A stretch of DNA of 64,000 nt from Blastocystis sp. Blastoise (taxonomy: Eukaryota; Protista; Bigyra: Opalinata), in the NCBI GenBank assembly GCA_039096225.1, contig JBBPEB010000005.1, positions 992,001 through 1,056,000 on the forward strand, in the 5' to 3' direction. Shown here in pieces: positions 40,529-60,814 of this stretch. How positions within the stretch are numbered: the stretch's first letter is position 1; each line of letters starts with the position of its first letter. A program made the position numbers and the translations under genes. The notes beneath the pieces were generated by a model, which saw nothing but the letters and a program-made list of their open reading frames with translations, was not told the DNA's origin and ran no database searches.

Positions 40529-41242
40529 ATTAATTTATTCTCTTATCATTCTGCTTGCTTATACTTTATAGATGAAATTATTATTTCATTTATGTTTATT
40601 CTCATCGTTAAAAGTATCAATTGTTTTGTTAAATAGAATAAAATACATATATAATACACCTTATAATAGATAATACGTACTATCATTTAAAAAATAAGTA
40701 ATAATTTGTATTTACCATAAAAAAAAACACATCATAAACATAATCTCTTTTATTTCTTTTGTTTAAAAAATAGGATTCATTCAATTGAATCTTCCGTTTG
40801 ACTGTTCTTTGCAATTGAAAAACAAATCAAATGTTACGAGACAAGAAGCAATTAAATGAGAGAAAAGTTTCTAAAAAACAGTCAAATAGAAGAGTTCCCT
40901 CTTGATATTTCCAAAAAGTTAACAATTCGAACAATTAAATGTCTATAAATTAAATATAAGCATGATTCTTTGGGATCATAAGAAAGACAAAGAAAAAGCT
41001 ACAAAACGCAACTTTTCTGATAACCGTTAAAATATTCACTTTTTCAGAGAGAGAAAAATAATAATAAAAAAAACTAAAAAGCTTATGGATACAGATGATC
41101 AGAACCTTTTGTGCAAATGCAAAGGAGAGCAGAACACAAGTGCTCAGTTTGGGTTGAATTTAACATATTGTTTTCTTCATAAATATTTTATATTTAAATA
41201 TTTAAATAGTTTTACTAATAGTTTATTAATTTTAAAGAAGTC

Positions 41243-41543
41243 ATGGAAACCTATACTAAGGAACAAGTTGCTACTCACAATACTGCTGAAGATTGTTGGG
41301 TTATTGCTGGAAACGAAGTGTATGTTCTTTTATGTTATGAATATTTTGTACTCATTTTATTTCTAATCATTATTTTTATATAGTTACAACGTATCTTCTC
41401 TTGTTAATAAGCATCACGGTGGTCCTTCCGTTATTCTGAAGTTTGCTGGAGGTAAAGTTGATGCTTCTGGTGCTTTTGGTGCTCATCCTGCTTTTGCTAA
41501 GGATATCTTTGGAAAGTTAAAGATTGGTACTCTTAGCGAATAA
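41243..41543 (+). CDS. Soluble cytochrome b5-domain protein 2 (one intron)
   Basis: HNTAEDCWVI...VYNVSSLVNKHHGG...DASGAFGAH...LKIG. Confidence 0.9.
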
Positions 41544-42154
41544 ATACATTAAAGTAAATGCTACTTTTTTCTCTGTTTTCCATATGAAATATTGGCTTTA
41601 TTTTTTTCTTTGCGTGTGCTATAATGTCATTAAATTTAGATCATAAATACATTTATATTTGTTTTGTTTTCAAAGTCGTTTATAACATTCATTTTTTTTT
41701 TCACAAATTCATTTCTTTTATTGCATGCTTATGTATATATGAATGATGCTGATATATGTAAAAGGATATTTGAAATAGAAACATATGAATATTATGAACA
41801 AGTATATAATCAAAATAATATTTCATAGATTCCTATCAGTAAAATAGGAGCAAGAATACGTTTATGATTTCTAAAGACAAATGAAAAAGGTTTTTGCATA
41901 AATAATTAAATATGTTGTCAGCAATTATAATCATAACATGTCAATAATACATCGAGTTTTTGTTTCTCATCTATGTGTCCTGTATACAGTGAAAGTGCAA
42001 ATGAAACATTTAAAAATTAAACACTTTGAAAGATGAACAAATGAATAAATTGTGTTTATCATGATTATTTTCAAAAAGCCAAAGAAATTTTAACAGTTGT
42101 TTTTTGGAATATTTATATATAAATATTTCATTTAATTTAGTTCGTATAATTAAG

Positions 42155-42391
42155 ATGAGCCAAGAATTTACTCGTGAAGAGATTGCTCAACACAATAAAA
42201 TAGATGATTGTTGGGTTGTTAAAGGAAAATATGTATATGATTTATCTACATTGAAAGATAAATTTCATCATCCTACTTGTTATGTTGCTAGAGCTCAAAA
42301 AATGGCTGATACAACACGTGATTTCGCGTTCCATTCCGAAAGAGCTAAGGCTATGTGGGAAAGTATGAAGATTGGTGTTTTAAAAGATTAA
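42155..42391 (+). CDS. Soluble cytochrome b5-domain protein 3 (no coding intron)
   Basis: HNKIDDCWVV...VYDLS...FHHPT...DTTRDFAFHSERA...MKIG. Confidence 0.85.
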   Translation: MSQEFTREEIAQHNKIDDCWVVKGKYVYDLSTLKDKFHHPTCYVARAQKMADTTRDFAFHSERAKAMWESMKIGVLKD

Positions 42392-42682
42392 AAATGAATT
42401 TTTTTATTTATATTAGTAGCGTGGTTTTCAGTAAAAAAAATGAGTAATTATTTGGTTTAGTTCTGCTTTTATACAATTCTTTTTATTACAAGCAACACAT
42501 TCATTATTAAATACATTTAAAACTATAAATTAAATATAGCCTTTCTAATAATTACAAGAATAAAGAAAAAAATAACTGTACAATGGATAGAAAAAAGAAT
42601 AAAAAAAAGTAGAAAAGAGTATATGTACACTACAAAGAAACCCCCTATAAACAATAGTAATATATATATTTAAAAAGATATA

Positions 42683-43714
42683 TTATTGATGTGTATTTTT
42701 AAACAATGTAACAAGAGATGTAGAAATAGCTTCATTATATTGTGATTTTTGTAGTTGAGATCTCAATAACATGATTTCCTTTTTTAATTCTATGTTTTCA
42801 ATTTGTAAGGATTCATTTGTTTGCTGCTTTGTATCGGATTGTACTCCGATCTTCTGCTCTAATTGATTAATATATTGATTCTTATAGTGTAATTCAGATT
42901 GTAATTTATTCAACTGATCCTGTAATAAGAAGAAGGTATCTGACAGCTGTATATATATATTTTTTTAGGAAATGTAAAAAATATATATATATAAATATAA
43001 TATATACGACAAAATTATATATAAATATAATATATAAGAAAATACTATATATAAGAAAATATTATATATAAATATAAAATATAAAAAAATATTATATATA
43101 AATATAATATATAAGAAAATATTATATATAAATATTATATATAAGAAAATATTATATATAAATATTATATATAAGAAAATACTATATATAAAAAAATAAT
43201 ATATATAAAAAGATATAACAATATAATATCATATACTGGATTATTTTTGCGAATTCTGTTGATTAACATTTCTCTATATATATCATTTTATATACAATTA
43301 TTCTTTTCTATATACTTTTCTTTAGTTTGAAAAAGATTGATAGTTTCATTACTCTTCGCAAGATCTTCTTCCATAGTTTTCTTCTATATATATATATATA
43401 TTCATTATAAATCATTATATAATAGAATATTTATATACTTCTGTATCTGATTTAACAAGATATTGTTGAAGTAAATTGATTTGACTCTGAAGTTGATCAA
43501 CTTGTGACTGTAAACTTGTTTTTTCACACTCTAACTTTTCTATACATAATACAATTTAAAATAAATGCACAAAACTATCAAAATAAATAAAATGATAAAA
43601 TATACGGATAAGTGAAGATTTGTCATTAAGCAAACATATTTGATGAGACCACTCTATTTGTTGGTAGAGTTCAACATCATCGTAGCAATTTTGCAAAAAT
43701 TGATTTCTCGACAT
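42683..43714 (-). CDS. Hypothetical coiled-coil protein (multi-exon)
   Basis: Several Q/E/K/L-rich exons bounded by GT-AG introns; no recognisable family. Confidence 0.55.
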
Positions 43715-43942
43715 AGTATAGAGACAATTAATATGTATTTATTGATTTATAAGCAATTTTCTATAGTTACTAATAACAAAAACCTAATCACACGAAACGA
43801 ATACCTTTAAAAATTGTAAAAAAAGTTAAAAAAATAAAACAAGTTCCAGATTATAAAAAAAAACGAAAACGAAACAGAGAACTACTTTGCCTCATTGTGT
43901 GTCATTTTCGCATTCTGATGCTCATTTTTAAAAAGATAAAAA

Positions 43943-44015
43943 TGACTCCGCCGAGGATTGAACTCGGGATCTCTCGCGTGTCAGGCGAGCGTGTTTGCCA
44001 CTGCACTACGGAGTC
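43943..44015 (-). tRNA. tRNA-Val(GAC)
   Basis: Cloverleaf GACTCCG...CGGAGTC-A; anticodon arm CTCGC-CTGACAC-GCGAG; TTCAA T-loop; A73. Confidence 0.9.
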
Positions 44016-44232
44016 TGCTGGAATTTTGCTTCTTAATTATATAATTACATAAAATAGTTGTTCACAATGCTCTATATATTTTTTATTTCTAAAAAGTATA
44101 CTGAAATATTTTTATAAACACTTTTAAGCCTTAATCAATCTAAATTATAACTTATAAAACAATATTACTCATAAACAGTATGATATTTGACAGTTTTTTT
44201 GCTTTAAAAAAAAAGATAATTGTGAAAAAAAG

Positions 44233-44304
44233 AGGCTCTACCGAGATTTGAACTCGGATCGCTGGATTCAAAGTCCAACGTGCTAACCATTACACCATAG
44301 TGCC
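44233..44304 (-). tRNA. tRNA-Gln(TTG)
   Basis: GGCACTATGGTGTAATGG...TTGGA-CTTTGAA-TCCAG...GTTCAAATC; T-run terminator downstream. One A:A mismatch in the acceptor stem. Confidence 0.92.
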
Positions 44305-44880
44305 AATTGGAATTTTTGTATTAACTTTATCTTATAATACCATAATTATCAATTTTTATTTTTAAGATATTCTCGTATATATATTCATAGATATATTTAA
44401 TTCATATTAAAGAATGAAAATAAGCATGTGAAATTGAAGGAAATGATTTTAAAAATGAATGAAAAAAAAACATATTTGCTGTATTTTAATGTTTATTATG
44501 TGTTGCTACATTGCATTCACAATTCTCAATCACTTCTTTAAGAGAAAAATAATTTATTTGAAGTATCAAGGACATTAAAACAAAATTTATATCCAAAACT
44601 ATATATATGTATTTTCAAAACTCATATAGACTTGAATACTATAAATAAGACCTTTCAGAATGTAAAATGATATTTTTCTTAAATTTAATATATTGTTTTC
44701 AAAGGTGAAGATTCTTTGACAATATGAATCAATCATTTTTTTACGAAAAATTCTGTAAGAATAGTTGTTGATTTATTTTTAAATATTAGCAACTAATTTA
44801 TATATATTTACTAACTCAAGTTGGATATATACAACGGCGAAGAATTAAAAAGTACTGAATTATTAGAAATCCAATACGTC

Positions 44881-46095
44881 ATGTCAAAACTTGGTCCGAA
44901 CAGTATTAGAAATAATATGATTTTTGAATACATTGTTACTATTGCAATATTCATTATTTCATATATCCCCAAAATGTTTCCTCCTCATTTTCCAGAATTT
45001 CTTGAAGGAGATATGACTATCTCTCATACATGTGGTGAAACTTATAAGTATATAGACTATATTTTCTCATGTATAAAGTTCTTATGAATGAAAAATTACG
45101 AATGGAACTTCATTTTATTACATTATTTTCATAATTCCTTCATGACTTATTCTGCATATTTTGTTCCTGTTATTCTTGTAGCAATCTTAGTTCTTTTATT
45201 TGATAAGGACTCAAAGTGGATGGACTTACATGTCATGTTTATTTTATCTATAAAAAACTTATGTATGGTTACTTTCTTTACAGATGTTTGGAAGAATGTT
45301 GTTGGAAGACCTCGTCCTTGTGCTCTTGATATGTGTGGATATTCTATATATGAATATAATGTTATAATAATGATTATGATTATGATGATCATGATATATA
45401 TTATATTAAAGAACACTTTTATACATATTTCTGATATAATTATATATATATAGATATACTAAAGTCAGTAATTCGTCTAGTCGTCTTTTTGGTACTTTAG
45501 GACAAATAGGATCTATTAATAATTGTTCTGCTCCTGTATGTATTGAGAACTCTTCTTCTTCTCTCTCTTTTATTATTATTATTATTCTACTCTATTTAAA
45601 AGACCTTCATAATCATACTATTCATAATTTATAATATATATATATATTTTTTCATATTTTACTCTTTTCATTTCTCTCTTCCCTATTATATATATCTATA
45701 TATAGACTAAATATATATGGGATGCCTTCCGCAGTTTCCCCTCAGGTCATTCCTCTATTACTATGAGTGGAGCTGTTCTTGCGCTTCTTTTCTTTGTCAA
45801 ATTCTCTTCTTCTTTTCACCATCAAAAACCATTTATCTACAAAACTTATAGATATATTCTCTTTGTTCTATCTCTTGCCATTCCCTGTGTTATTGGGGGT
45901 AGTCGAATCTATGACTATAAACATAGAGGTGATGATATTGCTGTAGGATACCTTCTTGGTGCTATCATATCCTATCTTGATTTCAAACAATTTTTTACAT
46001 TTCACTATCGTCCCTATTCCTTATTGAAACAAACTGAATCCTACACTGATATTGAAGTTCATGCTATTGAAACGAAGGAACCTCAAAAACTATAA
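44881..46095 (+). CDS. PAP2 lipid phosphate phosphatase (multi-exon)
   Basis: C1 KNVVGRPRP, C2 SFPSGHSS and C3 SRIYDYKHRGDDIAVG. Start codon uncertain. Confidence 0.92.
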
Positions 46096-46630
46096 AACGA
46101 TCTCTCATTATTTTTTTATTTTGATTACTGTTTTATTTTGTATTTATTTCATTAAAAACAACGATCATCATTTCTTAATATTTTATTATTATTCCTATTG
46201 TTATATTTCTTAAAGTCATATCCGAAGATATATTTTTTTTTATTTTCTTTTTTTCGTTATTATAATGAAATCTTTTTATTTCAATAACCCAATTGCAGCG
46301 TCATTATGACAAACCAATCAAAACAAACGAAATCATTTTGTTTTTTCTATTCTCCATACGTTTTTAAGAAGGGAAGAATTCACTTGCTTGATTTATGACA
46401 CATCAAAATACAAAAAATAATATTTTCTTTTTGATTATTTATAAATTTTCACCCGATATCAAAAGAATAATCAGAATTATCACCATTATATAATTGTGTC
46501 TGTAATTTCCCCTATCCAGGCTATTCCTAAGAATTTTCTTAAACTCACTTCATTGAAATAAAAAAAGGGAGAATTGTTTTTTCATTCTTATTTTAATAGA
46601 TTTACATAGAGTTTTGACATATAAATTAAT

Positions 46631-47936
46631 ATGATAGCTTTCTTCTTGATTGCCATATGTGTTTGTATGGCAAATCCTTCTATTTGGCCACAACCTGTCA
46701 AAGTTACCAATGGAAAAGAAATTTTTTGTATTGATAGCAACAAAATAGAACTCAAAGTCAATTTAGTGAGTGAAATTATTCAAACAGCTTATAGTGAACT
46801 TTTCTCAGAAATATTTGATCACTCTTCTTTATCGTTGAATGGAGAATGTATTAAAGTTATTCAAATTAATGTATCTCATAATGATACACAACCTAGCCTT
46901 GAAATGGATGAATCTTATTCTATATCTATTACAAAAGAAACAGATCCTATTAAAATTACTTGCTCAACTGCTTTTGGCGCCATTTATGCGTTGAGCACAT
47001 TATCTCAATTAATTCGATTTAGTTTTGATGATTCACTTTATATAATTGAAGATTGTCCTATAACTATTGAAGATAAACCTAGATTTAAAGTATTTATTAT
47101 CATTATTTTTATTATTCGTTGTATATGATAGATATTATTTTATATTATTTTATATTATTTTATATTATTATTTTATATTTTTCTATATAATAGTATATTA
47201 TTCTATATAATAGTATATTATTCTATATAATAAATATTATTCTATATATAGCATCGTGGGCTATTAATTGACTCTGCCCGCCATTATTTACCGCTTAATT
47301 TCATTAAAAGTATAATTGATTCGATGCGTTATGTAAAGCTAAATGTGTTACATTGGCAGCTGATTGATGACCAATCAGAACCCGTCCAATCGAAAGTATT
47401 CGAGAAATGGTGGAATGCTGCTTTCTCCAAATATGAACGATATACATTAGTATATATATATATATCTTTAATGATGTTCTTTTATTTCTATATATATCTT
47501 TTATTCCTATATATATCTTTTATTTCTATTATTTTAATGATTTCTAAATATGTTTTTATGTATGTATATATATAATATATATCACCTTTATATTTATTTA
47601 ATTCTTTTTAGAATGACATTCATAGCATTGTTTCGTACGCTGAAAACCGCGGGATTCGAGTAGTTCCCGAATTAAATATCCCTGGACATTCAGTCAGTTG
47701 GTGTACTGGGTATCCAGAGTTATGTCCTAGCACTACCTGTAAGACCCCTCTGTCCCCCGCGAGTGCGTCGACGATCCCCTTCATCACCAAGATCATGCAG
47801 GAATGGGGAGGAGACCAGAGCAACTCGGGTCTGTTTGATGATGAATACTTTCATCTCGGAGGCAATGATGTATATATACTAACTATACTATACTATACTA
47901 TACTATACTATACTATACTATACTATACTATACTAT

Positions 47937-48010
<74 letters not shown>

Positions 48011-48908
48011 TTATATGTGAATACCGATTGTTGGACGAAGGTAGATGCTGTGATCGACTGGATGAAGCAGAAAGGATATACTATTAAAGATACTTATAAA
48101 TATATGCTCTCTGAAGCCAAGAAGGCATACTTCTATATACTTTTATATACTTTTATATACTTTTATATACTTTTATATACTTTTCTATAATTAAATAATT
48201 TATAGGCTCTTACTATTCGACATCATAAAACTATCTTCTACGATGACGCATACCCTATTATCCAATCATCTTTAGTCAATGACTCCGTCATTCAAATGCT
48301 CAGTAGCACCAGCAAAATCAAAGAGATAACTAAAGAGGGATATAATGTAATTATAAGTGACAGTGACCATTGGCATGCGAATAGAATCATGAATGTATGG
48401 ACTAAAGCTTATGACTATGATTTGTATATATATATAATTATATATAGTACTATTCTCTATTCTTTATTGTTATTTTATTCTGTTCTTTATATATTACTCT
48501 CTCTATTATTATTCTCTCTTTATCACTATCAATATATTATCACTATCTCTCTCTATATATATATAGCTCTCTATCTATATATATATAACTCTCTCTCTAT
48601 ATTATCCCTATATATATAGTGTTTCCCTTGTAGAAGCAGCTCAGTCCAGTAAGATTCTTGGAGGGGAAGTTGTTATATATGGTGATTACATTGATGCTTC
48701 AGACTTCTATAGTACCCTTTACCCTACTGCTGCTGCTGTAGCTGAGAAACTATGGTCTCCTGCGTCTAATGCTACTAGCGCTACTGTTAAAGATCGACTT
48801 CATCTATTCCGATTCTACCTCCATCAAAGAGGGATTGGCGCCAGTCCGTTGACCAGCAAGAATAACCGCGATGCACCGGATGGACCCGGCAGCTGTATAG
48901 ACCAATAA
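46631..48908 (+). CDS. GH20 beta-hexosaminidase-like protein (signal peptide, multi-exon)
   Basis: IWPQP, DESYSI, DKPRF-HRGLLIDSARHY, KLNVLHW, GIRVVPELNIPGH, FHLGGND and AVAEKLWS. Confidence 0.92.
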
Positions 48909-49008
48909 AGATAATTATATGTATAATACTTCTATTCTTATTTATACTCTTTATATCCTCTCTCTTCTCTCTATATGATTATGTCTTATAAGATATAACA
49001 CAATAGGA

Positions 49009-49068
<60 letters not shown>

Positions 49069-49376
49069 GTTATCACAGGCATATATATATTTACATACTC
49101 TTTATCATGCTAACTTCTTCCTCTATTTCTTTAAAAGTATTATTTTATACTATGATCATATTTGTTTTTTATCAGTCTTTTCTTGTGCACAAATATCACC
49201 TTTGTTTTTCATCTTTTTCTTATTTATATGCATTTTATTCGTTTATATTACGTTTTCAGTCCTTTTGTTTATATGTTCTAAATCAATTCTGTTTTGTTTA
49301 TATAAAATAAATCGTAATTTCTCAACCAAAAAATACTGTTCAGTTTTTATTTAAAAAAAAAATATGAATAAAAATT

Positions 49377-49447
49377 TGCACCAGCCGGGAATCGAACCCG
49401 GGTCTGTTCCGTGGCAGGGAACTATCTTACCACTGGACCACTGGTGC
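49377..49447 (-). tRNA. tRNA-Gly(GCC)
   Basis: GCACCAG...GTTCC-CTGCCAC-GGAAC...GTTCGATTC...CTGGTGCA. Confidence 0.95.
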
Positions 49448-50046
49448 ATGAAATTTATTTTCCTATCAGGATATCTAAACAACAGAATGAGTATATGCTT
49501 ATAAACGAAATAGATACCTTATAACACATTTTGAACAAAACAAATTCTAGGGCAAACAATTAATGACAAGTTTTTAACGATGGGCTCAATGATAGAGAAT
49601 ATTGTAATAATACAAGACATGAAAAGAACATAAATTAAATAGAAGACAAATGAAGCAAATGAGTTAGAGAATCTGATGAGAAGAGAAGAAGGCATCCTGA
49701 AGAATGATAGAATTGGCTTTTAAGCCATGTATAAAGAGAATATATTATATATAAAGAGAAATCTATATTCCTCAAACATGAATATAGAATAAAAAGATAA
49801 TTAAATTCACTAGTGAAGCAGTTATTATATGGATATAAATAATTAATAAATAAACGTACATTATTATTGAATATACATATATAAAGAGATAGAAAGATAT
49901 AGAATAGCAATAGAAATGGTATATACTGTTTAAATTGATTTGCGCATACAAGTATAGCAAATAATCAATGAATAACAATATAAACATAAAAATCACATAA
50001 AAATAAAAACAATAATAATAATATATATATATTAGTATATCATTTT

Positions 50047-52744
<2,698 letters not shown>

Positions 52745-53173
52745 ACGGCTTTGGTGTGACAATACTTAGTATGTTAATGATATATAAAAGCAATAAAGCT
52801 TATTTTCGTCACTAGGAAACAGAATATAGAAGTAAAGCTGCAGATAAACCACAAAAAAACACATAAAGTATTAGTTTCATAGTGACGTATCCATTTACAA
52901 AAAGAAATTCGTTTTTTGCGTTTACGGTGAAATTGACACTCCTCTCTTAAGGAGAATCTTATTTCTTTCTATTTCTTTATTTTAATAGAATAAAATATCT
53001 ATACTTTAAAACAAAACAAATCATAGTTGTTTATTTAAATATTTTAATAAATAAATCTAAATACATTGACAGATAATAGTATACAAATGTAGATGAAAAA
53101 ATAGAAAAAAGTATATATCTGCATTAAAAGAAATGGTATGTTAAAATAAATGAATTTTGTATTGTATACACTC

Positions 53174-56630
<3,457 letters not shown>

Positions 56631-56920
56631 GAGTGCCTCTTTTATCTAAGAACTTCTATAGAAATAAACAATGACTTTGATATAAAAAAGTATTAATAAT
56701 TACATTTAATAACAAGCCCAATGAAGGTAAAAGAGATAGATTACAAATGTTGTATGCTGTGACGCTATTGCATCCATTTTGGGAACAACAAAAGAACTGT
56801 CATTTTCCCATGGGAAAAAACATTTCTCCAACTCAAGAAAAACAACAATTATTTTTTAAAGAAAAAAGCATAGTGTCTCTTTCTTTGCCTTAGTTTTTTG
56901 TTTATACGATAAAATCAGAA

Positions 56921-58714
<1,794 letters not shown>

Positions 58715-58916
58715 TTGTTCTTTCTCATTTATTTTTTTTATATATATAAACATCCCACTTTTTCTTTTCTTTTATGTTGATGGCAGAATAATCATTATTA
58801 TATCAAAAGTTGTTTTTGAATGTATCATAATATAGGAAAAAAAAAGTATATATAACACAACTATAACATTTTTCTAATTATTACACATCGAGTTGGATAA
58901 TAAGAATCTAAGACTT

Positions 58917-59790
58917 TTAGTTCTTGTGATGAGCATGAGCAGCATGACGACGAGCCTTGGCATATAATTCCTTGACTTCATCTCTCTTAAGGAGAGCACG
59001 CTTGTGACCACCAAGCTATAGAATAATATAGATAATAGAATATCAATGTATTCTATTGATATAATAATATATATCAATAAATAAATAAATAAAAAAAAGA
59101 GAAATAAAAAGAAATTCATAAATATATGATTAAATTAAAAAAAAAAATTGAAAGATGATGTTAAGAGATGAGTTTGATAATATTATTTTGTTAGATTATT
59201 ATTATTATTATTATTATATTTTGAATGAATGAAAATAAATACTCGCTTCTTAGCAAACTTGTAGAGTCTCTTTTCAACGTTGTTACCACCAGCCTTAAGT
59301 AATAAAATAAAAATTATTATTATATATAATAATTAAAAAAATAAATAAATAAATAAGAAAATCATTGTCAAATAATATATATAGAATATAAAGAAGAATA
59401 AAAGAATATAAATAACAATAAAATGCCTTAAGTTGATCCATCATGTGTTTTTCATAAGGAAGTAAACCAATGACTTCACGGATAAGTTCACGGGCGAACT
59501 TAACGTTCTTGGTAGCCATACCCAAAATAAATAAATAAAAACTTATGTTATATTAAAAAAAGAAAACAGTTCATTTTGTAATAAATAAGTAGATATTCAT
59601 TTTAAATTTATTTTATTATAAATATTCATATATACATATAAATATAAATATGAAATGACAAAAAATAAAGAATAAATAAAACTAATCTACATACACCCTT
59701 CTTAGCAATAGGTCTTTCAACCTTAGCCATCTTTTCAGTATGATGACCTCTTTCAATACCAACAGCAATAGATTCCCAAGGACCCTTCAT
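58917..59790 (-). CDS. RPL36: 60S ribosomal protein eL36 (4 exons)
   Basis: IAVGIERGH, KFARELIREVIGLLPYEK, EKRLYKFAKKR and LGGHKRALLKRDE. Confidence 0.95.
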
Positions 59791-60814
59791 TTTTGTAATG
59801 TGTGTTCTTAAAGTACTCGACGTAATTTAGAAGTATTAAAGGAAAAACAACGAAAGCGTTTTTTTTTCTTAGGACATTTTTTTTTATCATAATCCAGCCC
59901 CTTTCATTTTCTTTTTACACCATATTCATATATACATTTCCTATTTCACCCCCACCCCTCTTTCTTTTTTCCTATTTTTTTCATTTTCTTTACTCATTCA
60001 CAACAAATTACCGTGAAAGTGTTTTTTTGTTTTCAATACTTTTCAGATAATATTCAGCTTTCTTTTTGTTTTTTATTGAAATAGCCTATATACATGATAT
60101 ATATTCTTGTAGATGATGTTTATGATGATAGAGCAATACTACTTATAGTTTCTTTATGTTTTCATTATAAAATAAGTCTTTTGATTTCTTCGTGATTTCT
60201 ATTTTTAACTATTTTGATGTAAAACATTTTAAACGATGCAAAACATTATATAAAAAATGCATAAAATTATTTAAATTAACAAAATCTTGATAATATGTAT
60301 GAATGTTTCTATTGGTGTGCTTTTCTTGATAAATATCAGTTAGACTATCGTTATCTAAATAAATTAAATTATCAGAAATGAATATATAAGATATACAAAA
60401 TTAGAAGCAATAGTCAAGTAAAAAAAATAACGAAAAACTTTTGAAGATGATTTACAATAAAAAAAGTTATATATATATACATATAAATTAAATAGCATAT
60501 ATGATATATAAGAGGAAAACTATGGAATATGATTAAGAAATATATATAAATAAAAAATTTATATAATAGAAAAATAAAAATATTAGATACAATGAAAACA
60601 AAAATAAAGTATATAATAATAATGAATAGAGAGATGATGGCTACTAAAGTATATCATTATTAGAGAAGAATTATAGAAAAGATAATCACATATGTATATG
60701 TATATATATAGAATTCAAGGTAAAGATAAGTAATAGAATAATATATATAATCTATAAATAAAAGTTATAGTTACTGTATATATATATATATATAGTAATT
60801 GAAAGTGTATATAT

